Notes: generated by a model not told the origin, from the sequence alone. A stretch of DNA of 64,000 bases from Bacteroidales bacterium (GCA_021740645.1 JAIOZL010000003.1:50179-114178); one strand, 5' to 3'; shown: positions 40,319 through 51,281, numbered from the stretch's first letter. Numbers and translations: made by a program.

Positions 40319-42835
40319 TTATCGCACAATAATTTTATGCATTTCTTTTTTATCATTCACCTGCACCTGGAAGAAATATATTCCGGCGGGATACGCTGAT
40401 AGGTCAAGGGTTTTATCTTCCCCGTCCCAGTCAAATTTCTGAAGGGGTTTTCCCGCTATATTCAATATCTCCACAGTGAATTGATCCGCAGGGGAATCAC
40501 CCATACATGACAGCTCGAGAATACCATTTGTTGGGTTGGGAAGTATGGAAACGACCGGCTCAGGTTTTACAAGTTTTCCATCCACTGACACAACCGTTGC
40601 GCTATCAACAGGACTTTCAGAGAAAAGCACAAGATTACAGGCCACTATCAGGTGAGGATTATACCCATCATCACAATCAGAACAGGTAACACCCGTTACA
40701 CAGTCGGGGTGATTTGGATGGCAAAAGTCTACATAATCTTCATCAAAGATATACCCCAGGGTTATGTCTTCGTCAGGGATAAATTCATTCATATTGTAAT
40801 CGAACCAGGGGGCAATGGAACCTGGGCACCATCCGGCACGGTTATAAAACCAGGTACCATTTTGAGGGGAGCATCCATCCGGGTTGGGATTACATACAGC
40901 CCAGTTATGTTGTTCAAAGGTTTGTTCCCCATTTACCCAGATATGATGGGTGTCATCATGGAATTCCGCAGCATTTCCCGTATTCAGGTCGCCCCAGGCA
41001 TGGCCCGAAGATACAAGCTTTAAAGTGGCACCCAGGGTATTGGATGGAAAAGTAAACAAAGCATCTTCCACAGGCTGCAGATCGGCATAATCGCCAAATT
41101 GATAAGTATCCCACCAAATGACATTGATATCGCTAAAATTATAAGTAGGCGTTCCCTCACTATAATTTAGCGTTAGGTCGTAAATGTATCCATTATCGAG
41201 GGTATAACAATTTACCCGAAAAGATACCTTCCCCTGCAGAACCGACATATAATCCGTTAAGTCAATGACATGGGAGCAGGGAACTCCATAAGGTGTAATA
41301 TACCTGATAATTTCCACCCATTCGCCATTATGGCCCCGGGCATCCACACTGGCTACACGGTCCCATTCACCGCATCCACCAGTAGGACAGCTCACTTCAA
41401 GCGTGGCACTGATCTGACTGAAGGCACCGGTATACGATGGGAGCTCCGCATCAACAGTAATAGTGGGGTTATCCGTATTCACCCATATTCCATCTACTGC
41501 CAGCACTTCCATATCAGCAGCATTATCTATCACATTAAAAGAAACAGTTTCCACAGCGGATGCACCAAAATTGTTGGTGGCTGTGATCGTCAGTGTGTAG
41601 TTACCAAAGTTTGGTGGCATCCACCATCCTGAATAATACCCATCGCCCCAATTGGTTGGATTAAAGCCTTGCCCGTTGACACTAAATTCTACACTTTGGA
41701 CATCAAACAGTTCAGGATAATCAATATCGGTAAAAGTGGCGAGCTGGATATAGTCAAGATTGGGTACATACACATCACCAGCTAATGGATTTCGTACATC
41801 AATATTGGGAACATTTAAATCAGGATCCACTACCATAAAGGCATTGATCACAGGTTCAGCGGGATCAAAGGTCCCATTTCCGGGCTGTGTTGCGTCTATT
41901 ACTACTTCTCCTGCGGTACCATCCAGGGTTAACATATTCCCATCTACTGTTGCTGGTCCTGAGATCACCTCAAAGAAAACCTCCAATCCTGATGTAGCCT
42001 CAGCTTCAAGTGCAAAAGGAGGATCAGTGGTTAAATGATCAGGGATCTGTGCAAAAGAAATAGCCTGAAAACCCGGATCAACTGTTCCATTAAAATTCGA
42101 GGTTTCGCCTACAAGGGCAAAGTTCATTAAATCCGCATCCCTCTCTCCATTTCCAACTTCACATAACAATTGGGTAATGGTGGTATTATTCCCTCCCGGA
42201 TCACCCTGGTTCATTTTATAATATAGCTGGAGGTTGGGTTCGTTACCAGTCAGCTCATTGTCCATAATGTCCTGAATTTCCGTTTGTGATAGAGCTTTGT
42301 TCCAGGCTGTGACTTCATCCACACGGCCCCCATACACAAAATTAAATCCACTTAACAAGCTTTTTCCTATGGCAAAAGAAAAGTTGGCATTGGTTATCTG
42401 TCCACTTGCCGGAGAACTTCCAATCAGGGCGCCATCAATATAGAGCTGTACAGCACTTCCCGTATAGACCCATGCCCAGTGTTGCCATAATCCGGCTATT
42501 GTGGAGTTGGGTGGCGACACAAATTCAAACAATCCATTGCCGGTTTCCAGGCGGCACTCTACCTGCCCATTATTTAGCTGAATTAGGTAAAATCCGTTTC
42601 CACTTGTCCTGAATCCCATCATCCCCTGGCCATAAGCCAGAGCATCGCAATAAAACCAACCAGTTATGGAAATTCCACTGGAATTCACAATATATTGAGA
42701 AGCATTCTCAAGGACTACATAATCATCCACTTTATCAAAGTGCAGGTACTGGCTTGATTGCGATTGCAGGATGGCAGGCTGCATAACAAGAATAAATGGA
42801 AGCAGCATGAACAAATAGATGTAAAGTTTTTTCAT
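40319..42835 (-). CDS. T9SS-secreted peptide-N-glycosidase F-like protein with LamG and Ig-like domains
   Basis: LamG (WQHWAWVY..LYIDG..VDEV..WN), CGEWDR, EIIRYITPYG, SGHAWG, AAEF, RAGWCPG, LPNP..PAGIYF..KIIVR. Confidence 0.9.
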   Translation of the reverse strand: MKKLYIYLFMLLPFILVMQPAILQSQSSQYLHFDKVDDYVVLENASQYIVNSSGISITGWFYCDALAYGQGMMGFRTSGNGFYLIQLNNGQVECRLETGNGLFEFVSPPNSTIAGLWQHWAWVYTGSAVQLYIDGALIGSSPASGQITNANFSFAIGKSLLSGFNFVYGGRVDEVTAWNKALSQTEIQDIMDNELTGNEPNLQLYYKMNQGDPGGNNTTITQLLCEVGNGERDADLMNFALVGETSNFNGTVDPGFQAISFAQIPDHLTTDPPFALEAEATSGLEVFFEVISGPATVDGNMLTLDGTAGEVVIDATQPGNGTFDPAEPVINAFMVVDPDLNVPNIDVRNPLAGDVYVPNLDYIQLATFTDIDYPELFDVQSVEFSVNGQGFNPTNWGDGYYSGWWMPPNFGNYTLTITATNNFGASAVETVSFNVIDNAADMEVLAVDGIWVNTDNPTITVDAELPSYTGAFSQISATLEVSCPTGGCGEWDRVASVDARGHNGEWVEIIRYITPYGVPCSHVIDLTDYMSVLQGKVSFRVNCYTLDNGYIYDLTLNYSEGTPTYNFSDINVIWWDTYQFGDYADLQPVEDALFTFPSNTLGATLKLVSSGHAWGDLNTGNAAEFHDDTHHIWVNGEQTFEQHNWAVCNPNPDGCSPQNGTWFYNRAGWCPGSIAPWFDYNMNEFIPDEDITLGYIFDEDYVDFCHPNHPDCVTGVTCSDCDDGYNPHLIVACNLVLFSESPVDSATVVSVDGKLVKPEPVVSILPNPTNGILELSCMGDSPADQFTVEILNIAGKPLQKFDWDGEDKTLDLSAYPAGIYFFQVQVNDKKEMHKIIVR

Positions 42836-42905
42836 GATTAGATATTTTAATGATTTATTTATAATTCAATTTTATTTAAAGATACAACTAATTCTAATTT
42901 TACCT

Positions 42906-44513
42906 CTAAGGAATCCACCAAAGTTTCGTTGAAGAGTCATCGCCTCCCTGGTTACCAATGGCAGAAAGACAATTTTCTGTATTATAATCCTTCTCCGATG
43001 GCGGGTATGGCAAACGAAAGTAATTAATCGGATCACCTTCCCTGGGGGTCATTCCCGTTCTGCGGGTAAGTGCAAAGGCTTCCCCAGGTTGCCTGAAGGC
43101 ATCCAGCCATCGTTGTGCATATATCAATGCCAGTTTATCTTCTGTAAAGAAAATAAGGTTTGCCACATTAAATGCAGAAGTATTTATAAATAAAGGATCA
43201 ATGTTCTCCCAGGATTCTGTTGAGGCCATTACATCTGTCCAAAATTCGACCGAAGCACGAGCCCCTGCAAAATATTCCAAATCGGCTTTAGTTGGATCGG
43301 CAGCCACACCAATCCCCCGCATATAAGCTTCGGCTTTAATATAATGGACTTCGGCGCCTGTCATTAATACCTCAGGAATGTCGTATTCATCACGTATCAA
43401 ATAATAATTAAAGGGTGAATAATTACAGTCTTTCATATAGCCATAATTAAAATCACGGTCGTTTGAATAAGGCGCTCCAATTGAAATGGGTGTATTCACA
43501 TCCGGGATTTGAGGATAAGGATTCCACTCGCCCTCCTGATTTCGTTCAAAAAAGACAAAAGCACGCGGGTCAAAAATTCCACTCCCATCAAGGCTGTCAT
43601 GATTCGACATTTGGTGCCATATGTTTGACCCCATTCTTAAATTGTTATGCTCGCGAAATGCCCAGCTGGAACTTTCCCTCAGCCAATTCTGCTCACGGGG
43701 TTTCATGCAAACACTTTCCACAAAAGGATTGTCCAGGACATATCCAACCAAAACAGGTAAGTTATTTTCAATGATCTCACTGATTACTTCCCCGGCAAGC
43801 TGAGGATTTTTTTCAGCAATCCGCATGGCATGACGAAGCCTGAGAGAATTGGCAAATTTCATCCACATCAACATATCCCCATTCAGAAGATTATCAAAAC
43901 CAACAAGGCTGTAATATGGTTTGCCCTGAAAAGTATCCGGATAAAGTACCATATTATCCACTGCCCATTTCAGGTCATCAAGCAGGTAAGAATATATTTC
44001 TTCCTGGGAGTCGTATTTGGGCCTCAGATACTCAATACCTTCAAAACCCCTTCCTGCGTCAAAAAAGGGCATATCCCCGAAAAGATCCGTTACTTTAAAT
44101 GTTTTATAGGCAGTTATAATTTTTAATGCGGCTTTCACATTAACCATGGCGTTGGTATCTCGCTTCGTTTCTTCAACGGCAATTCGTTTTTCAATTTCTC
44201 GCACATGGGCCAGGGCCACATAATAGTTTTTCCAGATATCTTCGGTGCCAATGCTTAAGTTCGACCAGGCTTCTGTGGTTAATGCTGCCAGCTCGCTTTG
44301 TTTGTAGAGCACCTCATTATGCACATAAAATTGTTCGTCCCAACCAAGTTTTAAGGATTCGATAACGGTATTAAACAATGGGCCAATATCGGTTTCTGTA
44401 GGTTTAAAAGGATTTTTATTTAACTCTTCAAAATCTTTGGTACAAGACATTAGCGCAAGAAGCAGTAAAATAAAAGCGGTATAAGTAAAGTTGTGGATTG
44501 TTTTCATTTTCAT
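42906..44513 (-). CDS. SusD/RagB family lipoprotein
   Basis: Lipobox MSC, DFEELNKNP, TDLFGDMPF, PKYDSQEEIY, KFANSLRLR, RLPYP, LWW. Confidence 0.93.
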   Translation of the reverse strand: MKMKTIHNFTYTAFILLLLALMSCTKDFEELNKNPFKPTETDIGPLFNTVIESLKLGWDEQFYVHNEVLYKQSELAALTTEAWSNLSIGTEDIWKNYYVALAHVREIEKRIAVEETKRDTNAMVNVKAALKIITAYKTFKVTDLFGDMPFFDAGRGFEGIEYLRPKYDSQEEIYSYLLDDLKWAVDNMVLYPDTFQGKPYYSLVGFDNLLNGDMLMWMKFANSLRLRHAMRIAEKNPQLAGEVISEIIENNLPVLVGYVLDNPFVESVCMKPREQNWLRESSSWAFREHNNLRMGSNIWHQMSNHDSLDGSGIFDPRAFVFFERNQEGEWNPYPQIPDVNTPISIGAPYSNDRDFNYGYMKDCNYSPFNYYLIRDEYDIPEVLMTGAEVHYIKAEAYMRGIGVAADPTKADLEYFAGARASVEFWTDVMASTESWENIDPLFINTSAFNVANLIFFTEDKLALIYAQRWLDAFRQPGEAFALTRRTGMTPREGDPINYFRLPYPPSEKDYNTENCLSAIGNQGGDDSSTKLWWIP

Positions 44514-44525
44514 ATCGTTTCTATT

Positions 44526-47500
44526 CTAAAATGAAGCATTAATTCCAAATGTAATTGAGCGTTGCGATGGCAGTGATGCCCATTCCAGCCCTTGTGCATT
44601 CCCCGAACCATTAAGCCCTTCAGGATTTATTTTATCCGGCAAGGTGGTGTATATATAAAACAGGTCACGGCCAACAATCTGGAGGGATAAATTTTGAAAC
44701 ACTTTGGTTTTATCCACCAGTTTCTGAGGGAAATTATAAACCAGGGAAATTTCCCTCATTTTTACCCAGGTATTTTCAACAATACCCGGAGTAGAAATGA
44801 TATGTCCCCAGCCTCCTGCATTAGGCATGTATTTAAAGTAATAATGCACTACTTTATCATTAGGAGTTCCATCTTCATAAACGCCATCTAAAATTACCCC
44901 CACATTTCTAACATTTCCTTCAGGGTCAGTGTATGGAAGGCCACCTCCATCTCTTTCAAGTAGTGTTTCAGGGCTTTGGCCTGTTTGCAAACCCGTAACA
45001 TAGGATCCGCAATAGATATCCCCGCCCCACTTGGTATCTATCAGGGTATGAAGGGTAAATCCTTTATAGCTGATCCGGGTGGTCCATCCTCCGAGAAAAT
45101 CCGGTGAGGCATTCCCAATGGGAACCCTGTTTTCAGTAATTTTGTAGGTAGTGCCATCGTCGGATAATATGGGTTGGCCATTTTCGTGATATACATAATC
45201 AAAGCCTATGATAGTGCCATACTCCTCCCCTTCCTTTACCGCAATGGCGGGACCGTTTTTATCCCAGATATTAGCCAGCTCAATGGATTTTGCTCCGGAG
45301 CCCAGGCTCACTACATAATTCCTGTTTCGACTAAAATTAAGTCCTGTCTCAATGATGAAATTCTTGTTTTGTAGCACCACTCCATGCAATACCAGCTCCC
45401 ATCCTTTATTTTCCATAACCCCGCTGTTGATCCTTATTTTATATTCTGATGATCCGGAGGATGCAGGTATTGGAGATTCGATGATCTGGTTGTCGGATTT
45501 GATATAATAGTAAGTGAAATCAGCAACGATCCGATTATCAAAAACGCCAATATTTGTACCTATTTCATAGGAGTTGGCAAACTGGGGTTGCAAGTCAATG
45601 GGAGGAATGATACCCGGAAGAGATGCCGTTTGACTCCCTCCAAAATTTCCCAGGGTGTAAACAAAATCAAGTTCGTATGGATTGGTATCTGTAGCCGTTC
45701 CGGCAAAAGCCGATCGCAATTTCCAGAAATTAAACCAGGTAGGGAAAAATGTAAAGACTTCCGTTGGGATAAAACTCACTGAAACAGAGGGGTAGAAATA
45801 CGAATTTTTATCTTTTGGCAGGGTGGATGACCAGTCATTTCTTCCGGTAACTTCCAGGAATAAATAATTGCTGTAACTTAGGTTAAGAAAGCTATACAAT
45901 GAATTGATGTCTTTTTCTGTCCGGAATTCCCTGTTGGGATAGGTGATTTGGTTGGCATCCGAATAGTTGAGCATAGCAAATAACCAGGGATTGGTCCATG
46001 TGCCCGACTTTCCTTTTAAGCCGTACAGGCTTCGTTGATATTGGGCCCCGCCTAAGGAAAGTTTCGCATTGATCAGTGTTCCCCCAATATTTTCTTTATG
46101 GGCAGTAATTAAAAAATCATTGTTATGTACGATGTCCCTTCCCAATTCATTTTCATAAAAACCATCAACAAGTCCAAGCACATCTGTTGGGTTTTTTCTT
46201 GTTTCAAATTGATTTAGCGTAAAATCCAACCCCAGTCGCCCATGGGCATAAAGCCATGGGGTAATATCAAAATTAAGGGTAAATGCTCCCAACAGTTTGT
46301 CTCTTGACAAAGTCTTCCGGTTGTTATATAAATCCCAGGCGATAAATTCGGAAACATATTGAAAGGGATAAAAATCCCAGTCTTTCCTTGATCCGTCGGG
46401 GTTAGCATAATCGGCCAATTCTATCCCTTTCCAACTTCTGGGGTAAGAATAAACCATACCTTTACTGAAGGAATTTATTGAATCGCCTAAAACAGGGCTG
46501 TTTAAACGGTTATTGTTGATATAACTGAATACAATATCAGCTGTAACCTTGGAAGATATTTTCACATTCGACCCAAGATTAATGGTGGTTTGGTCCATTT
46601 TACTTTCAGGGACTATAGAGGTATGATCCATCCGTGAAATGGAAACCCGCATGGAACCCATTTCACCAGCACCGGAAAAAGAAATATTATGGTTTTGGGT
46701 ATTCCCATCAGCATAAAAGGTTCGCAGGTTATCGGGTTGTGGTGTATATCTGCGAACTTTGCCATCCCACCAATTAACCAGTTGACCGTTCATTTCAGGT
46801 CCCCATGAAACAGCTGACCCGTAATACCCGAATAATTCTGCTGTACTTGTTGGCAGGCCGTTATATTCCATATCTGCATGTATGTTGGAAGGATAGTTAT
46901 AAATGCCCTTAAGCGTATCCTGTAAAACATATTCGGGTTCGGTAAAAGAAATTGGCCCGCCAGCCCCGTATTTGTTTTGGACTTCACGATAACGGTAAGG
47001 ATGGATGAGTTTATAGGAATAATTATATGAAACTCCAATACCCTTCTTTTTTGACCCTCTTTTAGTGGTGATCAGGATCACCCCATTAGCCCCTCGGCTC
47101 CCATATAAAGCTGAGGCCGTAGGCCCTTTTAAAATGCTTGTTTCAGCAATATCGGATTGATTAATATTATTAATGGCCGACCCCCAGTCAACTCCCCGGC
47201 CAATGTTTTCCAGTCCGGGATCATTTTCAAGCGGGATGCCATCAACCACAATCAAGGGCTGGTTATTATCCTGAATATTATTATTTCCACGAATGGTGAT
47301 GCGTGTGGTCCCCCCTTCTACCCCATTGGCCGAAGCCACATTCACCCCAGCCGACCGGCCACTTAATGCATCCACCACACTGGGTGCATTTGATATTTGC
47401 AGCTCTTCCCCACTAAAGCTTTCCATGGTATAACCGATTTCCCGTTTCTCCCTTTTTATGCCTAAAGCCGTAACCACTACCCCTTCTATTTCTTTCGCAC

Positions 47501-47792
47501 TAGCCTGCAGGGAAACCATAATAAATTTCTGTTTACCCACTTTAATTTCCTGTGAAATAAATCCCAGGTAGCTGTACACCAGTGTATCGGAAGAAGTAAC
47601 CTCATTTAATTGATAATTCCCATCAATATCTGTGGTGGTCCCTTTGGTAGTTCCTTTAATTAAAATGGAAACCCCGGGCAAACCAACATCATCGTCCGAC
47701 GACTTTACATTGCCGCTTACTGAAAAGGTTTGTGAATAAATAAAAGGGGAAATAAGGAGTTGAAGAAATATAAAAATGTAGACTTTTTTCAT
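44526..47792 (-). CDS. SusC/RagA TonB-dependent transporter
   Basis: GTTTDIDG, VVVTALGI, PLIVVDG, LKGPTASALYGSRGANGVILITTK, GRNDWSS, C-terminal F. Confidence 0.95.
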   Translation of the reverse strand: MKKVYIFIFLQLLISPFIYSQTFSVSGNVKSSDDDVGLPGVSILIKGTTKGTTTDIDGNYQLNEVTSSDTLVYSYLGFISQEIKVGKQKFIMVSLQASAKEIEGVVVTALGIKREKREIGYTMESFSGEELQISNAPSVVDALSGRSAGVNVASANGVEGGTTRITIRGNNNIQDNNQPLIVVDGIPLENDPGLENIGRGVDWGSAINNINQSDIAETSILKGPTASALYGSRGANGVILITTKRGSKKKGIGVSYNYSYKLIHPYRYREVQNKYGAGGPISFTEPEYVLQDTLKGIYNYPSNIHADMEYNGLPTSTAELFGYYGSAVSWGPEMNGQLVNWWDGKVRRYTPQPDNLRTFYADGNTQNHNISFSGAGEMGSMRVSISRMDHTSIVPESKMDQTTINLGSNVKISSKVTADIVFSYINNNRLNSPVLGDSINSFSKGMVYSYPRSWKGIELADYANPDGSRKDWDFYPFQYVSEFIAWDLYNNRKTLSRDKLLGAFTLNFDITPWLYAHGRLGLDFTLNQFETRKNPTDVLGLVDGFYENELGRDIVHNNDFLITAHKENIGGTLINAKLSLGGAQYQRSLYGLKGKSGTWTNPWLFAMLNYSDANQITYPNREFRTEKDINSLYSFLNLSYSNYLFLEVTGRNDWSSTLPKDKNSYFYPSVSVSFIPTEVFTFFPTWFNFWKLRSAFAGTATDTNPYELDFVYTLGNFGGSQTASLPGIIPPIDLQPQFANSYEIGTNIGVFDNRIVADFTYYYIKSDNQIIESPIPASSGSSEYKIRINSGVMENKGWELVLHGVVLQNKNFIIETGLNFSRNRNYVVSLGSGAKSIELANIWDKNGPAIAVKEGEEYGTIIGFDYVYHENGQPILSDDGTTYKITENRVPIGNASPDFLGGWTTRISYKGFTLHTLIDTKWGGDIYCGSYVTGLQTGQSPETLLERDGGGLPYTDPEGNVRNVGVILDGVYEDGTPNDKVVHYYFKYMPNAGGWGHIISTPGIVENTWVKMREISLVYNFPQKLVDKTKVFQNLSLQIVGRDLFYIYTTLPDKINPEGLNGSGNAQGLEWASLPSQRSITFGINASF

Positions 47793-47918
47793 AGACCAAT
47801 AGTGTTGTAGAACCTTCGTGTAAATTTAGATAATTTTAAAAACAGCCCGAAGATTAATTTGAAATTAATCCCATTTTTCACATAAATCGTTTATTAGGTG
47901 GAAATTATTTCAGAGGAA

Positions 47919-48497
47919 TTATTCATAAAAGTGCATTTCCTGTATATATTCCCACACTTTTGCTGGAAGCATATAGCGCATATCTTTCCCTTCCTGAATG
48001 GATTTACGGATAAAGGTAGAAGCGATTTCCATTTGGGGCACATTAAAAATTTTCACCGAAGGATGAGCATCGTGCTTACTTCCCTCATATCCTGGCCGGG
48101 CATAAATGTATAAATTGTATAATTCAAGGATACGGTCCGGGTTTTTCCATTTGTCAAAAGAGGGGAGCTGGTCGGAGCCGGCTAAAATGACAAATTTTTT
48201 GTCGGGGTACTTTTCATCAAGGTAGGTAAGTGTATCAATGGTATAAGACGGCTGGGGCATTTTAAATTCGATATCGGTAACCCAAAAACGGGGATCATCT
48301 TCAGTGGCAATACGCACAAGTGCCAGACGATGATGATCAGCAAGTAAGGATTTTTTTTCCTTAAAAGGGTTTTGAGGCGAAACAACAAACCATACCTTAT
48401 CCAGGTCGGTATATTCCACAAACCAATTGGCAATGATCATATGCCCGATATGGATGGGATTAAAGGAACCAAAGAAGAGGCCAATTTTTTGCTTCAT
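47919..48497 (-). CDS. nadD: Nicotinate-nucleotide adenylyltransferase
   Basis: FGSFNPIHIGH, SYTIDT, GSD, ASTFIR; start set at ATG 48497 because the track's TTG lies inside TAATTTTG (48516-48523). Confidence 0.95.
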   Translation of the reverse strand: MKQKIGLFFGSFNPIHIGHMIIANWFVEYTDLDKVWFVVSPQNPFKEKKSLLADHHRLALVRIATEDDPRFWVTDIEFKMPQPSYTIDTLTYLDEKYPDKKFVILAGSDQLPSFDKWKNPDRILELYNLYIYARPGYEGSKHDAHPSVKIFNVPQMEIASTFIRKSIQEGKDMRYMLPAKVWEYIQEMHFYE

Positions 48498-48591
48498 AAA
48501 AAATTCTAAGTGAAACAAAATTAAGTAAAACTTAAGTCATAAAACTGATTTTTTATTTGTAGTTTTATTATCCATTTTCAAGCTATTAGCC

Positions 48592-49509
48592 ATGAAAGGA
48601 TTTCTATTTGCTTCAATTTTAAGCATAATTACCCTAAGCTCTTTCTCACAGGATTATCATCCCCTACCTGAATCGGATACTTATTGGATACATAAAAGTC
48701 ATGATATCCCAATGATATGTGGTTGTGGGGGAACATGTTCCGTTGAACAGTATATAATCGCAGGTGATACACTAATCAATGAACTGGTTTATCATAAAAT
48801 AGTACATTCAGGGTATTGGTTAAGTAACAATTGCGATGAAAATTTTTTCTATAATGGGTATCAGGGTGCATTCAGAAATGATATAGAAAACAAAATAGTT
48901 TGGTTTGTACCAGAGGGCGAGTCCAGTGAATCGCTCCTATATGAATTTGACCTTCAGGTTGGGGATACTTTATCAGAAGGAATTCTGGATCCTAATGATT
49001 ATTGGGATTTTTGGGTGGAGGATATTGATTCCGTTTTGGTGGGAGACAGTTACAGAAAAAGATTTCATATACGGTCGTGGCTTAACATGAGCGAAATGGC
49101 ACTTCAGATTGTTGAAGGAGTTGGTGGACAAAATCTAATTAAACCTTTTGAAAGTTGGTACTATTTTGAGGGAGGTTACACTTTGAGTTGTATTAATATC
49201 AACGACAGTATATTTTACCCCGAATGGGGGGATTGTGAAATGATCGTTTCGCAGAAGGAAAATAAACAAGCAGGTCCACATTTGATTTTCCCCAATCCAA
49301 CAAACGGATTATTATGGTTTCAAAATTCTGAAGAAACAAAACAATTGATTACAATAGAAATTTTCAATCAATTGGGAGTTAATGTAAAAAGCATCGAATC
49401 AAAAGAAGAAATTATTTTGATAGATTTAAGTAGTAAACCCAAAGGCTTATATTTTATTAAGATCTCCACTGGATTTAAAACAGTTACGCATAAAATCATC
49501 CATCATTAG
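48592..49509 (+). CDS. T9SS type A sorting domain protein of unknown function
   Basis: Signal peptide, GDTLIN..YHKI, LLYEFDLQVGDT, EGVG, IFPNP..KGLYFIKI..KII. Confidence 0.85.
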   Translation: MKGFLFASILSIITLSSFSQDYHPLPESDTYWIHKSHDIPMICGCGGTCSVEQYIIAGDTLINELVYHKIVHSGYWLSNNCDENFFYNGYQGAFRNDIENKIVWFVPEGESSESLLYEFDLQVGDTLSEGILDPNDYWDFWVEDIDSVLVGDSYRKRFHIRSWLNMSEMALQIVEGVGGQNLIKPFESWYYFEGGYTLSCININDSIFYPEWGDCEMIVSQKENKQAGPHLIFPNPTNGLLWFQNSEETKQLITIEIFNQLGVNVKSIESKEEIILIDLSSKPKGLYFIKISTGFKTVTHKIIHH

Positions 49510-49868
49510 CCTTTTAAAAAATAAAATATATACTAATTATAATTGTCATCATGATAAGCCTTTCCGTTTCTTCAGATTCTAGTCCTCAGTTGCTACGAGG
49601 ATTTATTTACCCCTTCCATTATTAATGCAATAGTTGAATATTTACCCGATCTGTTTCTGCACTATAGTCTTTCGCTGAACGAAATTTATATTCCTAATGC
49701 TTGCTGCAGGATCAAACCTTTTTTTCGAAGACTAAAATTCATCAATCAACAATCCCCGATTTATGATTGGATTGAATCGGGTGATGCAAATGCCTTTTTC
49801 TAATTGCATCCTCGTTATGAAGGAGGACGGGTTGGGGGAAGGTTACGCCACAGCTACTACCCTTTGGC

Positions 49869-50708
49869 TTAGTTTTTTCTTTTCTTTTGAATTGCTCGTT
49901 CAATCATTGCTATCAAATCTTCATTATGAGTCTTAGATTGAAAATCATTTCCATCAACATTGTAATTGGCATAAGTCTGTCCAGAAATATCAGAAGGAGG
50001 AGCTGGTCTGTCCTTTTGTTTAATTAGGAAGTATTCTTTTACCCCAAGTTAAAGCTACACCCATTTCTATCATTACGTTTGGATTTAAGTCAGATGTTTC
50101 AAAAACCGCAATATCAGATGAAATTATATCACGAGCTATTTGATTGAATAAATGTTCACCATACCCAGCTGCCAGTGGTTTGTAATTTAATTTGATATTA
50201 ATATTTTTCTCTTTCTTAAGTTTATCAAGTGACTTCTCAAAATCATCCTTTAAGTTTAAAACTAAGTTTTCAGTGCTATAATAATCTGATTCGAATTGAT
50301 AACCAATAACTACTTTTATTGTATCAATCTTACTATTTTCCTTTTGAACATATTCCCAGTCAATGTCTGTGAAACCAAATGGTGATCCAGCGGCTAATGG
50401 TTGTTTTGCAATCAAATTACTCTCACTTCCTTCTTTTTCCCTTTTTATTTCCTTTTGTAATTCGTGATATATATAATTCCCTTTACTGTTAAGATAGACA
50501 TGCCCGAAATTGTATGGTGCAGTTCCAAGGTAGTTGAGCCTTTCTAATAAATCTCGTTCATCCAAGTAATCCATTGCATTATTTATCTCATTAGGAGATA
50601 AACTTGTAAATTCCTCAATATCTTTCCCATCAAACTGTAAGTTTTCATAAGGATTGTTTTCGAATGTTTGATCAAATTTTTTGTTGCATTATCTTCTATT
50701 GGATTCAT
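49869..50708 (-). pseudogene. wHTH plus TIR/nucleoside-deoxyribosyltransferase-like protein with two frameshifts
   Basis: ORF 50020-50574 continues after a +1 shift at about 50025 (IKQKDRPAPPSDISGQTY..KKRKN*, stop 49869). It extends upstream via a -1 shift near the A6 run (50677-50682) to ATG 50708. Confidence 0.7.
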
Positions 50709-50850
50709 AATCATTTATTAAAATTGAGCCTAACATCATTATCCAGCTAAATTACCAATATATTTTCGTTTTATTAACCAACAATACTCAGCTATAAAAA
50801 TTCTATCTTTTGGGTAGGGCGGGACAAATTTTTATTTAAAACTGGTTTAA

Positions 50851-51123
50851 CTATATTACTATTTTTTTACTTATCATTTCGGGGCCAATACTTAAAGAAA
50901 TAAAATAAACCCCATTTGAAAATGAATGATTTATCTTATTCTCTCCCATATTCAATTCCTGCATGGCCTCCTTTTGACCTGACTCAGTATGAATAATACA
51001 AAATCCGGTACCACAGGAATTTTCTTTTAAGGTGATATATATCAGTCCACTTAGTACAAATATTTTTAGTTTATCTGTATCCATAAACACTTCAATCTTT
51101 ACTTTATTTTCTGCATCAATCAT
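50851..51123 (-). CDS. Stand-alone T9SS CTD-like small protein without signal peptide
   Basis: LKIF..IYITL..SGQ..SNGVYFISL..SKKIVI; start uncertain (ATG 51123 or the later MDTDK Met). Confidence 0.55.
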   Translation of the reverse strand: MIDAENKVKIEVFMDTDKLKIFVLSGLIYITLKENSCGTGFCIIHTESGQKEAMQELNMGENKINHSFSNGVYFISLSIGPEMISKKIVI

Positions 51124-51281
51124 AAATCTCTGCGTGCATAAGTTAAAGTCGGCAAAAATCCATCTCTTTAATAATGCTATGATTGGAAACAATAATCAGG
51201 AAATACATTTATACTCTAAATCAAAATATTTGATATAGCGCATCATGTATCTCCCATTTCAACCAATCCATTAATAGTATC

